Shown piece after piece: positions 1 to 7,650 of a stretch of DNA of 49,268 nucleotides. The DNA is from a virus (taxonomy: Duplodnaviria; Caudoviricetes), in IMG/VR virus record IMGVR_UViG_3300032307_000123, positions 1 to 49,268 of that record; one strand, given 5' to 3'. The translations under genes were made by a program, and so were the position numbers. Position 1 is the stretch's first letter. Each line of letters opens with the position of its first letter. Below the pieces are notes generated by a model. The model searched no databases. It was not told the origin of the DNA and saw nothing but the letters and a program-made list of their open reading frames with translations.

Positions 1-329
1 ATATAGGTTGACTCGCTGATACGGTTGATATTGATGTCTTGCTGATTTAACCCAGTACCAGTACGTGTCACCATGTCTAACAAATCAATCGTGTCAACAG
101 GCAACGCATACATAATCTGACCTTGGTTTAACTGAATTTGACCAGGTTCTACAGTCCATAAATTAATACCGCGATTAGCCCACTCGATTGTCATCAAGTT
201 TAAAGAGCGTCGTGCAGTTCTCAAATCATAGCCCGTACGAAGTTCTTGACCACATCTTTCAAATGCGTCTTCGACTAGATTATTTAAATCTAAATTAAAA
301 CTCGTGGTACCTGTGGTTCTATCTACCAT
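1..329 (-). CDS. Head-tail adaptor/tail tubular-type structural protein (3' end outside window)
   Basis: Manually translated from ATG at 329, which overlaps the TAA of the upstream gene: MVDRTTGTTSFNLDLNNLVEDAFERCGQELRTGYDLRTARRSLNLMTIEWANRGINLWT; resembles podovirus connector-associated proteins. Confidence 0.6.
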   Translation of the reverse strand, partial: MVDRTTGTTSFNLDLNNLVEDAFERCGQELRTGYDLRTARRSLNLMTIEWANRGINLWTVEPGQIQLNQGQIMYALPVDTIDLLDMVTRTGTGLNQQDININRISESTY

Positions 330-580
330 TATTTTACTCTTCTATAAGGTTTTACTTTTTGTTTAACAGATTTAGGTTGAGCTACAAACTGTTTGCCTTT
401 AGCTTTCCCTTCCCTTTTAGCCTTCGTCGTTGCTGCATATTCTTGAGGGCTTAATGCTTTTATTGCTTTCTCAGGTAAATATCTTTCGCCTGTTTCACTA
501 GACTTTTTGCCTGACTTAGTTCTCCACTTTTGTTCACCCCATGCTTTTAGTGAACGTTGTGGTTTAGCTAATGCACTCAT
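329..580 (-). CDS. Small basic protein, DUF5872-like C-terminal half
   Basis: QRSLKAWGEQKWRTKSGK...RYLPEKAIKALS motif; Lys-rich; translationally coupled to neighbours. Confidence 0.6.
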   Translation of the reverse strand: MSALAKPQRSLKAWGEQKWRTKSGKKSSETGERYLPEKAIKALSPQEYAATTKAKREGKAKGKQFVAQPKSVKQKVKPYRRVK

Positions 581-873
581 TTATATCCGCCACCTGCAGC
601 TTTATATTTCTTAGCAACTAACTGTGCTTTACGAGCTGACCATTGACCAGCGCCTGTACCATGTGTTGCAGCTGCTTTTACTTGAGACACAATTCTTTTA
701 CGTAAACTAGGTTTTGTGTAGTTACCAGCTTTGTTTACTGTGCCACCTTCTTTATACTGAATAAAGTCTGTATTGTCACGACGTTTTTTAACGACACCTT
801 TAGGCATTTTATTTTCTGTTGCACTTGGTATCTTAGTTTTCTTTATAGCACCCATGCCTCTACTTGGTCTCAT
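577..873 (-). CDS. Small basic protein, DUF5872-like N-terminal half
   Basis: NYTKPSLRKRI...GQWSARKAQLVAKKYKAAGGGYK motif; contains YKEGG. Confidence 0.6.
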   Translation of the reverse strand: MRPSRGMGAIKKTKIPSATENKMPKGVVKKRRDNTDFIQYKEGGTVNKAGNYTKPSLRKRIVSQVKAAATHGTGAGQWSARKAQLVAKKYKAAGGGYK

Positions 874-1943
874 TATTTTCTCCTTAGTGTAGCTAATCCA
901 CCTGTTCTAATATTAACAGGTTTGTATTCTTCTGGTCGTCTTGCTTCTGCAGTTGTTGTTGGTGTCGCACTACTTGCTTCTACAGGTCTAAATGTACCCA
1001 TAGTTGCAGTTGTTGCTGGTACCATACTTCGTTCCGCTGGTCCTCTTCTTGGTCCGCCTTCTACAGGTTGGTAAGGACTTGGTGGAGTTACTTGTTCTGG
1101 TGGTTTAACAAAAGCAAATGGGTTAGCCATTTCAGGAGCCGCTTCTTCTGTTGGTGTTGCAAAAGGTTGGAAAAATGGATTATTTTCGCTTCTAGCAAAC
1201 TGAGCTAGTTCATATGCTTTATCTCCACTGCCAAATCCAAAGTCAGCATACTGAATAGGTAAATAACTTGCATTACTTGCTTGTGCTTGTGGCATATATT
1301 CACCATACGCAGACTTAATATCTTCTTGTAAATAGCTTGGTAGATCTGCTCTACCTCCAGCATAAGGTGTAGTAGCTGGGTTAAAATCACCTATTGGTTT
1401 ATATCCACCTGCTTGTTGCGGTGATACTGATAATAAACCTGGTGCAAATGTTTTTTGTAAGTTAGCTTGAGCTAATGGGTCACCTGCCATCTTGCCGTAT
1501 ATATTTTGGTACGCATTAAAACTAGATGTACCTTGTTGTGCTTGTGTTTCTGGGCTATATAAAGTACCTAACTCAGGAAGAACGTTATATACACCTTTAT
1601 TACCTTGTACAAAATACTTAGATGCATCATAAGGTTCCCCACCATAACTATATAAATCTGACCCAAAAGAAAATCCTGGAGGAGGGGCAGTTAAAGCTCC
1701 TGAAGCATCTGTAGATCCATAAGTTGGGATTCCTCCACCACCACCACCGCCACCGCCACCAGAATACCCGCCTGTCAAAGCTGTACCTGCAATAGCTTTA
1801 GCAGCACCTAATGGGCCACCTGTAATATACCCAGCAACGGGACCAGCAATTTTACCAACGCCAGGAATTGCACTAGCAGCAGATGTGACTAGGCTAGCTG
1901 GAGCTGTAACTACTTTAGTAACGGCTTTTGCTGCACCACCCAT
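873..1943 (-). CDS. Low-complexity Gly/Ala/Pro-rich putative virion protein
   Basis: 356 aa ORF in late operon; MGG start, poly-Gly run, C-terminal IRTGGLA. Confidence 0.6.
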   Translation of the reverse strand: MGGAAKAVTKVVTAPASLVTSAASAIPGVGKIAGPVAGYITGGPLGAAKAIAGTALTGGYSGGGGGGGGGGIPTYGSTDASGALTAPPPGFSFGSDLYSYGGEPYDASKYFVQGNKGVYNVLPELGTLYSPETQAQQGTSSFNAYQNIYGKMAGDPLAQANLQKTFAPGLLSVSPQQAGGYKPIGDFNPATTPYAGGRADLPSYLQEDIKSAYGEYMPQAQASNASYLPIQYADFGFGSGDKAYELAQFARSENNPFFQPFATPTEEAAPEMANPFAFVKPPEQVTPPSPYQPVEGGPRRGPAERSMVPATTATMGTFRPVEASSATPTTTAEARRPEEYKPVNIRTGGLATLRRK

Positions 1944-1952
1944 ATTTATTCC

Positions 1953-2207
1953 TTAAATAATACGACCTTTTGTTTTACCTTTTGTAGCACAACCATCTGC
2001 ACGTTTAGAAGCTGAAGATACTGAACCACCAGATTTAAAAACTTTTTTTACTGTGTCTACTATCTTTTTAGGAATAGTTTTTATAGTTTTAACAGTGTCT
2101 TCGTTTTCTTTTGTGTCACGAGTTTTTACATCTTTAGCTGCTTTAGTTACTTTAGCATCTAGTTCTTTTTGTTTTTGCTCATCAAGTAATTCTTGTGGAG
2201 TAGCCAT
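1953..2207 (-). CDS. Small basic putative virion core protein
   Basis: Lys-rich; ends FKSGGSVSSASKRADGCATKGKTKGRII, shared with neighbours. Confidence 0.65.
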   Translation of the reverse strand: MATPQELLDEQKQKELDAKVTKAAKDVKTRDTKENEDTVKTIKTIPKKIVDTVKKVFKSGGSVSSASKRADGCATKGKTKGRII

Positions 2208-2209
2208 AA

Positions 2210-2686
2210 TTAAACTATCCTACCTTTAGTTTTACCTTTAGTAGCAATACCGTCTGCACGTTTAGAAGCAGAAGAAACTTTACCACCTGAAGACATTTTT
2301 TTAGCTTTAACCTTGCCACCTTTTTTCATATTATAACCACGAGATAATAAATTTTGAGCCATTTCCGTAGCAGTAAAATCTCTTGTTGGTTTTTTAACGG
2401 CTTCTTCTTTAATTACTTTAGACATATCAGGACCAATAACATCAGCAGTTCTATCAACACTACCAATATCACCAGAAGGTGTTTCAACAGAAACTTTTTC
2501 TTTAGTAATTTTTTTAACAGGTTTTGTATCAGCTCTAAATTTAGGACCTATTTTTTCATCACTAAAATCAGTACGATTAGCTATTTGACCTTGTTTAGCT
2601 TTAGCTTTAGTAGCAGCTAATCTTGATGGAAAAGAACTTTCTTTCCATTCATCAAGAGTTTTACCTAATATTTTTAATTCAGCCAT
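2210..2686 (-). CDS. Basic putative virion core protein
   Basis: Contains MKKGG; ends MSSGGKVSSASKRADGIATKGKTKGRIV. Confidence 0.65.
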   Translation of the reverse strand: MAELKILGKTLDEWKESSFPSRLAATKAKAKQGQIANRTDFSDEKIGPKFRADTKPVKKITKEKVSVETPSGDIGSVDRTADVIGPDMSKVIKEEAVKKPTRDFTATEMAQNLLSRGYNMKKGGKVKAKKMSSGGKVSSASKRADGIATKGKTKGRIV

Positions 2687-2688
2687 GA

Positions 2689-3240
2689 TTAAATAATCTT
2701 TCCTTTTGATTTACCTTTTTTAGCAATACCATTAGCTTTAGAAAGTTGGCCACCTTTAGAATAACCTTTGCACATACCACCTTTTTTCATGCCGTGCTCT
2801 TTCATTTCTTCTGCTTTAGATTCTTTCTTTTCGTGTTTCATCATAGCAGCTTTAGACTTATATTTCTCGCCTGTACCTTTTTCTATAATGCCACCCTTTT
2901 TCATTTTGTGCATTGATGATTCATGACCTTTAACTTCTTTTTTAGCAATCATTTTTGCATCTGATTTTGTTGCACAACCACCTTTTGCATAGCCTTTAGC
3001 CATACCACCTTTTTTCATGTAGCCCATTTTATTTCTAACCTCCGTTGGTAATTTTGATAATCCAGGATTGTCACTTGAATCAACTGCTTTTAGTGCTCCA
3101 CCTGATCCGAACTTTTTAGTTTTATCTGTTTTCATAAACTCTTCCCCTACTGATTTTGGTATGCCTAATCGTTTTGCAGCTTTTGGATCATTTGCAACTA
3201 ATGCCATCAAGTTATGTTGTTTTTTAGATACGCTTGGCAT
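2689..3240 (-). CDS. Lys-rich protein with repeated xxxGG motifs, putative DNA-condensing core protein
   Basis: MPSVSKKQHNLM start; six hydrophobic-x-x-GG motifs; ends ANGIAKKGKSKGKII. Confidence 0.7.
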   Translation of the reverse strand: MPSVSKKQHNLMALVANDPKAAKRLGIPKSVGEEFMKTDKTKKFGSGGALKAVDSSDNPGLSKLPTEVRNKMGYMKKGGMAKGYAKGGCATKSDAKMIAKKEVKGHESSMHKMKKGGIIEKGTGEKYKSKAAMMKHEKKESKAEEMKEHGMKKGGMCKGYSKGGQLSKANGIAKKGKSKGKII

Positions 3241-3423
3241 TTAATCAACCTTCGTATCTGTATGTTCTGTTTGCACTTTAACTTCTTTTTTTACTTCTTC
3301 GATGATAGCTTCAACAGCAGCTTCTGTAGCTTGTTCTGTAACGCTTTCAATAATTTCTTCATTTTGTAATTCCTCTTTTTTGTTTTTCTTAGCCATAAAG
3401 ACCCTTTCTATAAAAGATTTCAT
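3241..3423 (-). CDS. Small acidic hypothetical protein
   Basis: 60 aa ORF that exactly fills the gap in the operon. Confidence 0.5.
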   Translation of the reverse strand: MKSFIERVFMAKKNKKEELQNEEIIESVTEQATEAAVEAIIEEVKKEVKVQTEHTDTKVD

Positions 3424-3424
3424 T

Positions 3425-3643
3425 TTATTTAAACCAATGATTAACCAACCAACTAATAAACATAGAACCTACAGTGGCAATACCAATAAATACTTTCCAT
3501 CCACCTTTGATTTCTTCTAGCGTTTTTTCAATATTATCAAGGCGTTTTTTTAATTGATCCATGTCTTCCATAATAGTATCTACATCCGCTTGAATATGTT
3601 TAATCTCAATACCGTGTTCTGCTAATTCACGTTCTGTACTCAT
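3425..3643 (-). CDS. Coiled-coil protein with C-terminal transmembrane helix (XhlA/holin-like)
   Basis: Heptad-like N-terminus then GWKVFIGIATVGSMFISWLV; start at 3643 overlaps the previous stop (ATGA). Confidence 0.5.
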   Translation of the reverse strand: MSTERELAEHGIEIKHIQADVDTIMEDMDQLKKRLDNIEKTLEEIKGGWKVFIGIATVGSMFISWLVNHWFK

Positions 3644-3903
3644 TTGCAATTCCACCTTTTTAAAGAAGCAGCCTTACGAGTAGGTCTACCTTTTTCATCT
3701 TTCATAGGGCCTGGCATACCAGACATTCTTGCACAAAATGATCTCTTACGAGGTCCACCTTGTGGTTGTGGTGCTTTTAAATTTGATCCTGTAGCTGCGT
3801 TATATTTAGCACGACCTTTAGCGGTAAGACCTGCACCTTTCGATACAGGAAGTTTCTCACCACGTCCGACTGCTAAGCTTGGACCTTTTTTCTTGCTAGC
3901 CAT
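3640..3903 (-). CDS. Small basic protein, DUF6321-like
   Basis: GLTAKGRAKYN...NLKAP...RKRSFCARMSG...SLKRWNC motif. Confidence 0.65.
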   Translation of the reverse strand: MASKKKGPSLAVGRGEKLPVSKGAGLTAKGRAKYNAATGSNLKAPQPQGGPRKRSFCARMSGMPGPMKDEKGRPTRKAASLKRWNCK

Positions 3904-4405
3904 AATATATTGTCACCGTAACTGAAGAACCTAATACTGCATAAATACCGTTAGGGCATCTAATACCTTCACCTGGAATAAGGATTGGTAAACCTACAGT
4001 ACTAAAAGTATCTATTTCTAAAAATATATAGTCTTCTGTAAATACACTACAAGTACCTGATGCAGCTCCAGTTGTAAGTGATTGCACAGTAAATGTTGTG
4101 TCCCCTGTGACTGTTACTTCATACACACCGTCTCTCATAAGTGAGCCAGAAAAATTTATAGCAACTCTGTCCCCTGTTGTAAGACCGTGATTTGTCGATG
4201 TAGTTACTGTAGTAGTAATTGGACCTGGTGTTCCTGCTGGTCTATCCCACGTACCTGTTATTGCGCCTGTTGAATCTACTAATGCTATATTTCTTGCAGA
4301 TGCAGTTCCAGAAGTAACTATAATATTTTTTAATCGAGTAGCAAACGAAATGGCTGCACCTGACGATGTTAAATGTTTTGATTGGACATCATATTGCATT
4401 GTCAT
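3896..4405 (-). CDS. Putative structural protein, paralog of 4415-4906
   Basis: MQYDV start, HGLTTGD beta-sandwich segment, IPGEGI...YYG end. Confidence 0.6.
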   Translation of the reverse strand: MTMQYDVQSKHLTSSGAAISFATRLKNIIVTSGTASARNIALVDSTGAITGTWDRPAGTPGPITTTVTTSTNHGLTTGDRVAINFSGSLMRDGVYEVTVTGDTTFTVQSLTTGAASGTCSVFTEDYIFLEIDTFSTVGLPILIPGEGIRCPNGIYAVLGSSVTVTIYYG

Positions 4406-4414
4406 GATAAGTCC

Positions 4415-4906
4415 TTATCCGTAAAAGATAGTAGAAGTTACAGTATTAGCTGAAGGTAGTCCTACATATAAACCGTCTTGACCTACAATACCTTCACCTG
4501 GAATTAATGTATAAAACGATGTACCGGTAGAGCAATCAATTTCTGTTAAAACTTCTTTATATACATTTACGTTACCACTTGTGGTTTCTGACGTAGGAGA
4601 TACTACAGTAAATGTATCGTCACCTGTTTTTGTAATGGAGTAAAGATTACTATCCCCAGTGCCTGTAGTGCAATTTAAATATACTGAATCTCCTGTAACC
4701 AAACCGTGTGCAGTTAAAGTTACTGTGATTGTAGTAGAAGCTGATTGTGCATATGTACCTGTAGAATATTTATTATTAACCACGCCTACTCGTAAGGATG
4801 TAGATGTTGTAGGTGATACTATAATGCCTTTTAATCGAGTACGATAAGGTACCGCTACACCTGATACTGTATTGTGATACGACAGTACATCATATTGCAT
4901 TGCCAT
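4415..4906 (-). CDS. Putative structural protein, paralog of 3896-4405
   Basis: MQYDV start, HGLVTGD segment, IPGEGI...FYG end. Confidence 0.6.
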   Translation of the reverse strand: MAMQYDVLSYHNTVSGVAVPYRTRLKGIIVSPTTSTSLRVGVVNNKYSTGTYAQSASTTITVTLTAHGLVTGDSVYLNCTTGTGDSNLYSITKTGDDTFTVVSPTSETTSGNVNVYKEVLTEIDCSTGTSFYTLIPGEGIVGQDGLYVGLPSANTVTSTIFYG

Positions 4907-4908
4907 AA

Positions 4909-5064
4909 TTATTCCCCTTTTGGATCTTCTGCGTCTAATCTTTCCACCAACGCAGTATACGCATCGATGGCGCCCTGAGAAGCTGTAACAAAACTAGATG
5001 CTTGGTTACGCTCTGCCTCAAGACGCTTGATCTCAGACAAAAGAAAGTCTTTTGTAATTTCCAT
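4909..5064 (-). CDS. Small hypothetical protein (51 aa, not in ORF track)
   Basis: MEITKDFLLSEIKRLEAERNQASSFVTASQGAIDAYTALVERLDAEDPKGE; ATG overlaps the upstream TAA; fills the operon gap. Confidence 0.6.
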   Translation of the reverse strand: MEITKDFLLSEIKRLEAERNQASSFVTASQGAIDAYTALVERLDAEDPKGE

Positions 5065-5642
5065 TATTGTGCGCTAGAAACCATTAAGTAGTAAGGAGTA
5101 CCGTCAACAACTATTTTAATTGTATGGCTAGATGCTGATGCTGTTCTAGCTACAACCATAGCTGATGGTAAGTTAAATAGATTTGATAAACCTGTACCTG
5201 CGCCGCTATTTGTGAATCTAATCCAAGCAGCTGTTGCTGGTAATGTAGCACCTGCACCTACGTCAGAGTCAGCTTGAATAGCTGCAACTGTGCCACCTGA
5301 AGAAACACCTGCTGCTAAACCTAAAGTAGCACGTAAAGCATTACCTGCACCTGCGATTGAACCGCCTGTGTTTACAGACATAGAGATGTGAGCGCCGTTA
5401 GTTGTTTGACCTGCACCTTGTGCTGCAGTTACTACTGAGAAAGCTCTTAATGTTTCGCCTGCACCTGCACCTGCGAATGTTAATTTGTTATAAGATAAGC
5501 GTGTATCACCTGATGCTGCAGATGTAGATGCATATGATTCGTTGATATTTTCTGCTGATGTTACTACGATTGGATCTGTTGCTGTACCACCGATAAAACC
5601 ATTTAAAGACGACACTGGGCCGCTAAACGTTGTTAATGCCAT
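5064..5642 (-). CDS. Ala/Gly/Ser-rich structural (head fibre/decoration-like) protein
   Basis: Likely start MALTTFSGPV at 5642 after AAGGA; C-terminal IKIVVDGTPYYLMV. Confidence 0.6.
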   Translation of the reverse strand: MALTTFSGPVSSLNGFIGGTATDPIVVTSAENINESYASTSAASGDTRLSYNKLTFAGAGAGETLRAFSVVTAAQGAGQTTNGAHISMSVNTGGSIAGAGNALRATLGLAAGVSSGGTVAAIQADSDVGAGATLPATAAWIRFTNSGAGTGLSNLFNLPSAMVVARTASASSHTIKIVVDGTPYYLMVSSAQ

Positions 5643-5654
5643 GATATTTTCCTT

Positions 5655-5727
5655 CATACAAAGTTAAGCTTATCCGTCTTGTATGCGTCTGCCGGGACAG
5701 TCTGATAAGCCGGGTAACCCGGATTCC
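5655..5727 (-). ncRNA. Structured RNA leader with possible pseudoknot; candidate Mu-gpT-DE-like motif
   Basis: GCTTATC/GATAAGC stem; internal CATACAAG can pair with TTTGTATG next to the RBS; CCGGG-TTA-CCCGG hairpin; lies downstream of a gpT-like capsid gene. Confidence 0.45.
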
Positions 5728-5730
5728 CAA

Positions 5731-5758
5731 ATAATACCTGAATTGGTACTATTTGCAA
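5731..5758 (-). promoter_or_regulatory. Putative sigma70 promoter for downstream late genes
   Basis: TTGCAA-16 bp-TATTAT on the minus strand, immediately after the pqqA terminator. Confidence 0.45.
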
Positions 5759-5770
5759 GCATTATAACAT

Positions 5771-5792
5771 AAAAAAGGGGCCGAAGCCCCTT
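5771..5792 (-). terminator. Rho-independent terminator after pqqA
   Basis: GGGGC-TTCG-GCCCC hairpin followed by T6. Confidence 0.85.
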
Positions 5793-5821
5793 AATTTAAT
5801 AACAGTCTGTTACTATGACCA

Positions 5822-5899
5822 TTACTTGTTCATTACGTACATAGTCACTTCAAAGCCAAATCTCATTTCTGTTGCTGCTGGTTTTGTCCATGCTTTCAT
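5822..5899 (-). CDS. pqqA: Pyrroloquinoline quinone precursor peptide PqqA
   Basis: Manual translation MKAWTKPAATEMRFGFEVTMYVMNK (25 aa) with WxKP...RxGFE-xxx-Y signature; AGGAG RBS upstream; own terminator. Confidence 0.92.
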   Translation of the reverse strand: MKAWTKPAATEMRFGFEVTMYVMNK

Positions 5900-5909
5900 A
5901 ATATTCTCC

Positions 5910-5967
5910 TATATGTTTACATTTTGCTTTTTTATATACACGTTATTGTGTATATGTCTACATTTTG
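5910..5967. promoter_or_regulatory. Pair of 17-bp repeats TATATGTYTACATTTTG upstream of pqqA
   Basis: Copies at 5910-5926 and 5951-5967 differ by one base; each has an ATGT-N2-ACAT palindrome. Confidence 0.5.
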
Positions 5968-6013
5968 GACTTTTGTATACATATTAGCATCAAGAAAACC
6001 ATGAATAACAGGT

Positions 6014-6047
6014 AAAAAAAGAGCCCACGTTTTAAGTGAGCCCTTTT
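6014..6047 (-). terminator. Rho-independent terminator after major capsid gene
   Basis: GGGCTCAC/GTGGGCTC stem (G-U pairs) followed by T7. Confidence 0.7.
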
Positions 6048-6069
6048 AGTAGTACGTGCCAGAAGCTGA

Positions 6070-6987
6070 TTAAGCAGCGCCTGGTGAACCCCACATACCG
6101 AGAGGATCTGACCAACCGAAGCTGTAACGCTCACGAGCCTTGTAACGAACGTTGCCTGTATCAAAATCGCCATCCATAGATGTAGATAATGGTGTACGGA
6201 CAAAGTGTTTCATGCCGTTAGGTACATCAGTTGTTAAGAAGTAAGCATCTGGATCTGTCAAGAAGTGGTTAATTGTGTAACCTTCTGGGATAGAACCATT
6301 GTTCTTAATCGCGTTGATATCGTTATCAGCAGTAGCAACACGTAATTCAGTTTCGAGCAAGCGAGTTGCAACGAATTGATTACCTGGTGGAACAACTAAT
6401 TTACGAGGTTGAGCAGCGATTAAAAGACCACGCTCATCTGTCCAAGCAGCGATTTGAATAACTGCATTTTCTAATGCTGTTTCGTTCAAATCTGTTGGAG
6501 TTGATTGAGTGTTGCTGTTTGTGCCACCTGAAACAAGTGGATGAGCTGTGTTAAATAATGAAACGCCATCACCGCCGTTGTAAGAACCAGAAGTGTTGAA
6601 GCCATTGTTTAATACTGCAGCTGCTTTAACTTGTTTTGTGTATGCCATAGCGCGAGCTAAAGCTTTTGTGTAACGTGCTGATAATGTGTCATACAAGTTA
6701 TCTTCTACAGCTTCTTCAGTTAAGCTGAAGCCAAGAGCGATAGTTTGATGATTGTATCGAGCAGTCCAAGCTTCTTGAGCATTGTCATAAGCGATAGCTG
6801 TGCCTTCGTTTTTGACTGGTGCTGCTGAGAAACCTGAAAGTTTTGTTTCTTCTTCGAATGAACGTTCTGAAGTTTCTGTTTCGTAAACTTCTTTGTGTTC
6901 TTCGCCATAACGCTTGTACTCTAAACCGAATAGCGCGTTAAGACCTGGTAATAGCTCTTTTAGGAGCTGTGCACGTGAAATAGCCAT
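6070..6987 (-). CDS. Major capsid protein (Mu gpT-like family)
   Basis: MAISRAQLLKELLPGLNALFGLEY start and ARERYSFGWSDP end; 305 aa; strong AAGGAG RBS; position in head module. Confidence 0.9.
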   Translation of the reverse strand: MAISRAQLLKELLPGLNALFGLEYKRYGEEHKEVYETETSERSFEEETKLSGFSAAPVKNEGTAIAYDNAQEAWTARYNHQTIALGFSLTEEAVEDNLYDTLSARYTKALARAMAYTKQVKAAAVLNNGFNTSGSYNGGDGVSLFNTAHPLVSGGTNSNTQSTPTDLNETALENAVIQIAAWTDERGLLIAAQPRKLVVPPGNQFVATRLLETELRVATADNDINAIKNNGSIPEGYTINHFLTDPDAYFLTTDVPNGMKHFVRTPLSTSMDGDFDTGNVRYKARERYSFGWSDPLGMWGSPGAA

Positions 6988-7003
6988 GTTTTATTCTCCT
7001 TAG

Positions 7004-7627
7004 TTAAGCTACGTAATTAACGCCAGTAAGGGCAGTTAATTGTGGGTTGTTAATTTTTACAAGTACTTCTGGATAAAGCACTGTAGAACCTGATAAATAA
7101 GCTGTATCTGGAACTACTGCAACTACTCTCCATGGTAATGTTGTTGCTGAACCAGCGCCGTTAGCAGGGATCACGCATGAAGCTTGTGAATTACCTGTTG
7201 ATGCTGAGCCAACGTTGTTTTGAATCTCAGCTAAGTTTGTACCAACAATAGTTGCATTAGCGCCAACTACTACTGTAGGAGCACCTGAAACTGTTAATGA
7301 TACTTTAAATTCAGCTGATGCATCAACAACTACGTAAGCAATAGCGTTAGTAACGCTAGTACCTGGGTAGTATTGAGCTTGAACTGTTTGACCTGATGAG
7401 TTAGTGTATTGAAAACCAGTTGCAACACCGATAATAGTACCGGAAGTTGTAGCGCCTGATAATTCAATTGTACCGTTCTGTACGATTTTAACTGAAGAAC
7501 CGTTATAGATTGGAGTATTGTACGCAGCGCCGATTGGGATCTGTAAAGTTGCCCCGGCGTACGGAATACCGTCATAACGATTAACTGGTTGAAAACCGTA
7601 AGGACTATTAATGGTTGGATATGCCAT
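7004..7627 (-). CDS. Capsid-associated (decoration/minor capsid) protein
   Basis: PYGFQPV start; beta-rich; directly upstream of the capsid gene. Confidence 0.6.
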   Translation of the reverse strand: MAYPTINSPYGFQPVNRYDGIPYAGATLQIPIGAAYNTPIYNGSSVKIVQNGTIELSGATTSGTIIGVATGFQYTNSSGQTVQAQYYPGTSVTNAIAYVVVDASAEFKVSLTVSGAPTVVVGANATIVGTNLAEIQNNVGSASTGNSQASCVIPANGAGSATTLPWRVVAVVPDTAYLSGSTVLYPEVLVKINNPQLTALTGVNYVA

Positions 7628-7650
7628 TTTATTCTCCTTATAAGTTTATA

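Noticed and set aside
1734-1763. (CCA/CCG)n microsatellite-like run
   Set aside because: It simply encodes the poly-Gly linker of ORF 873-1943
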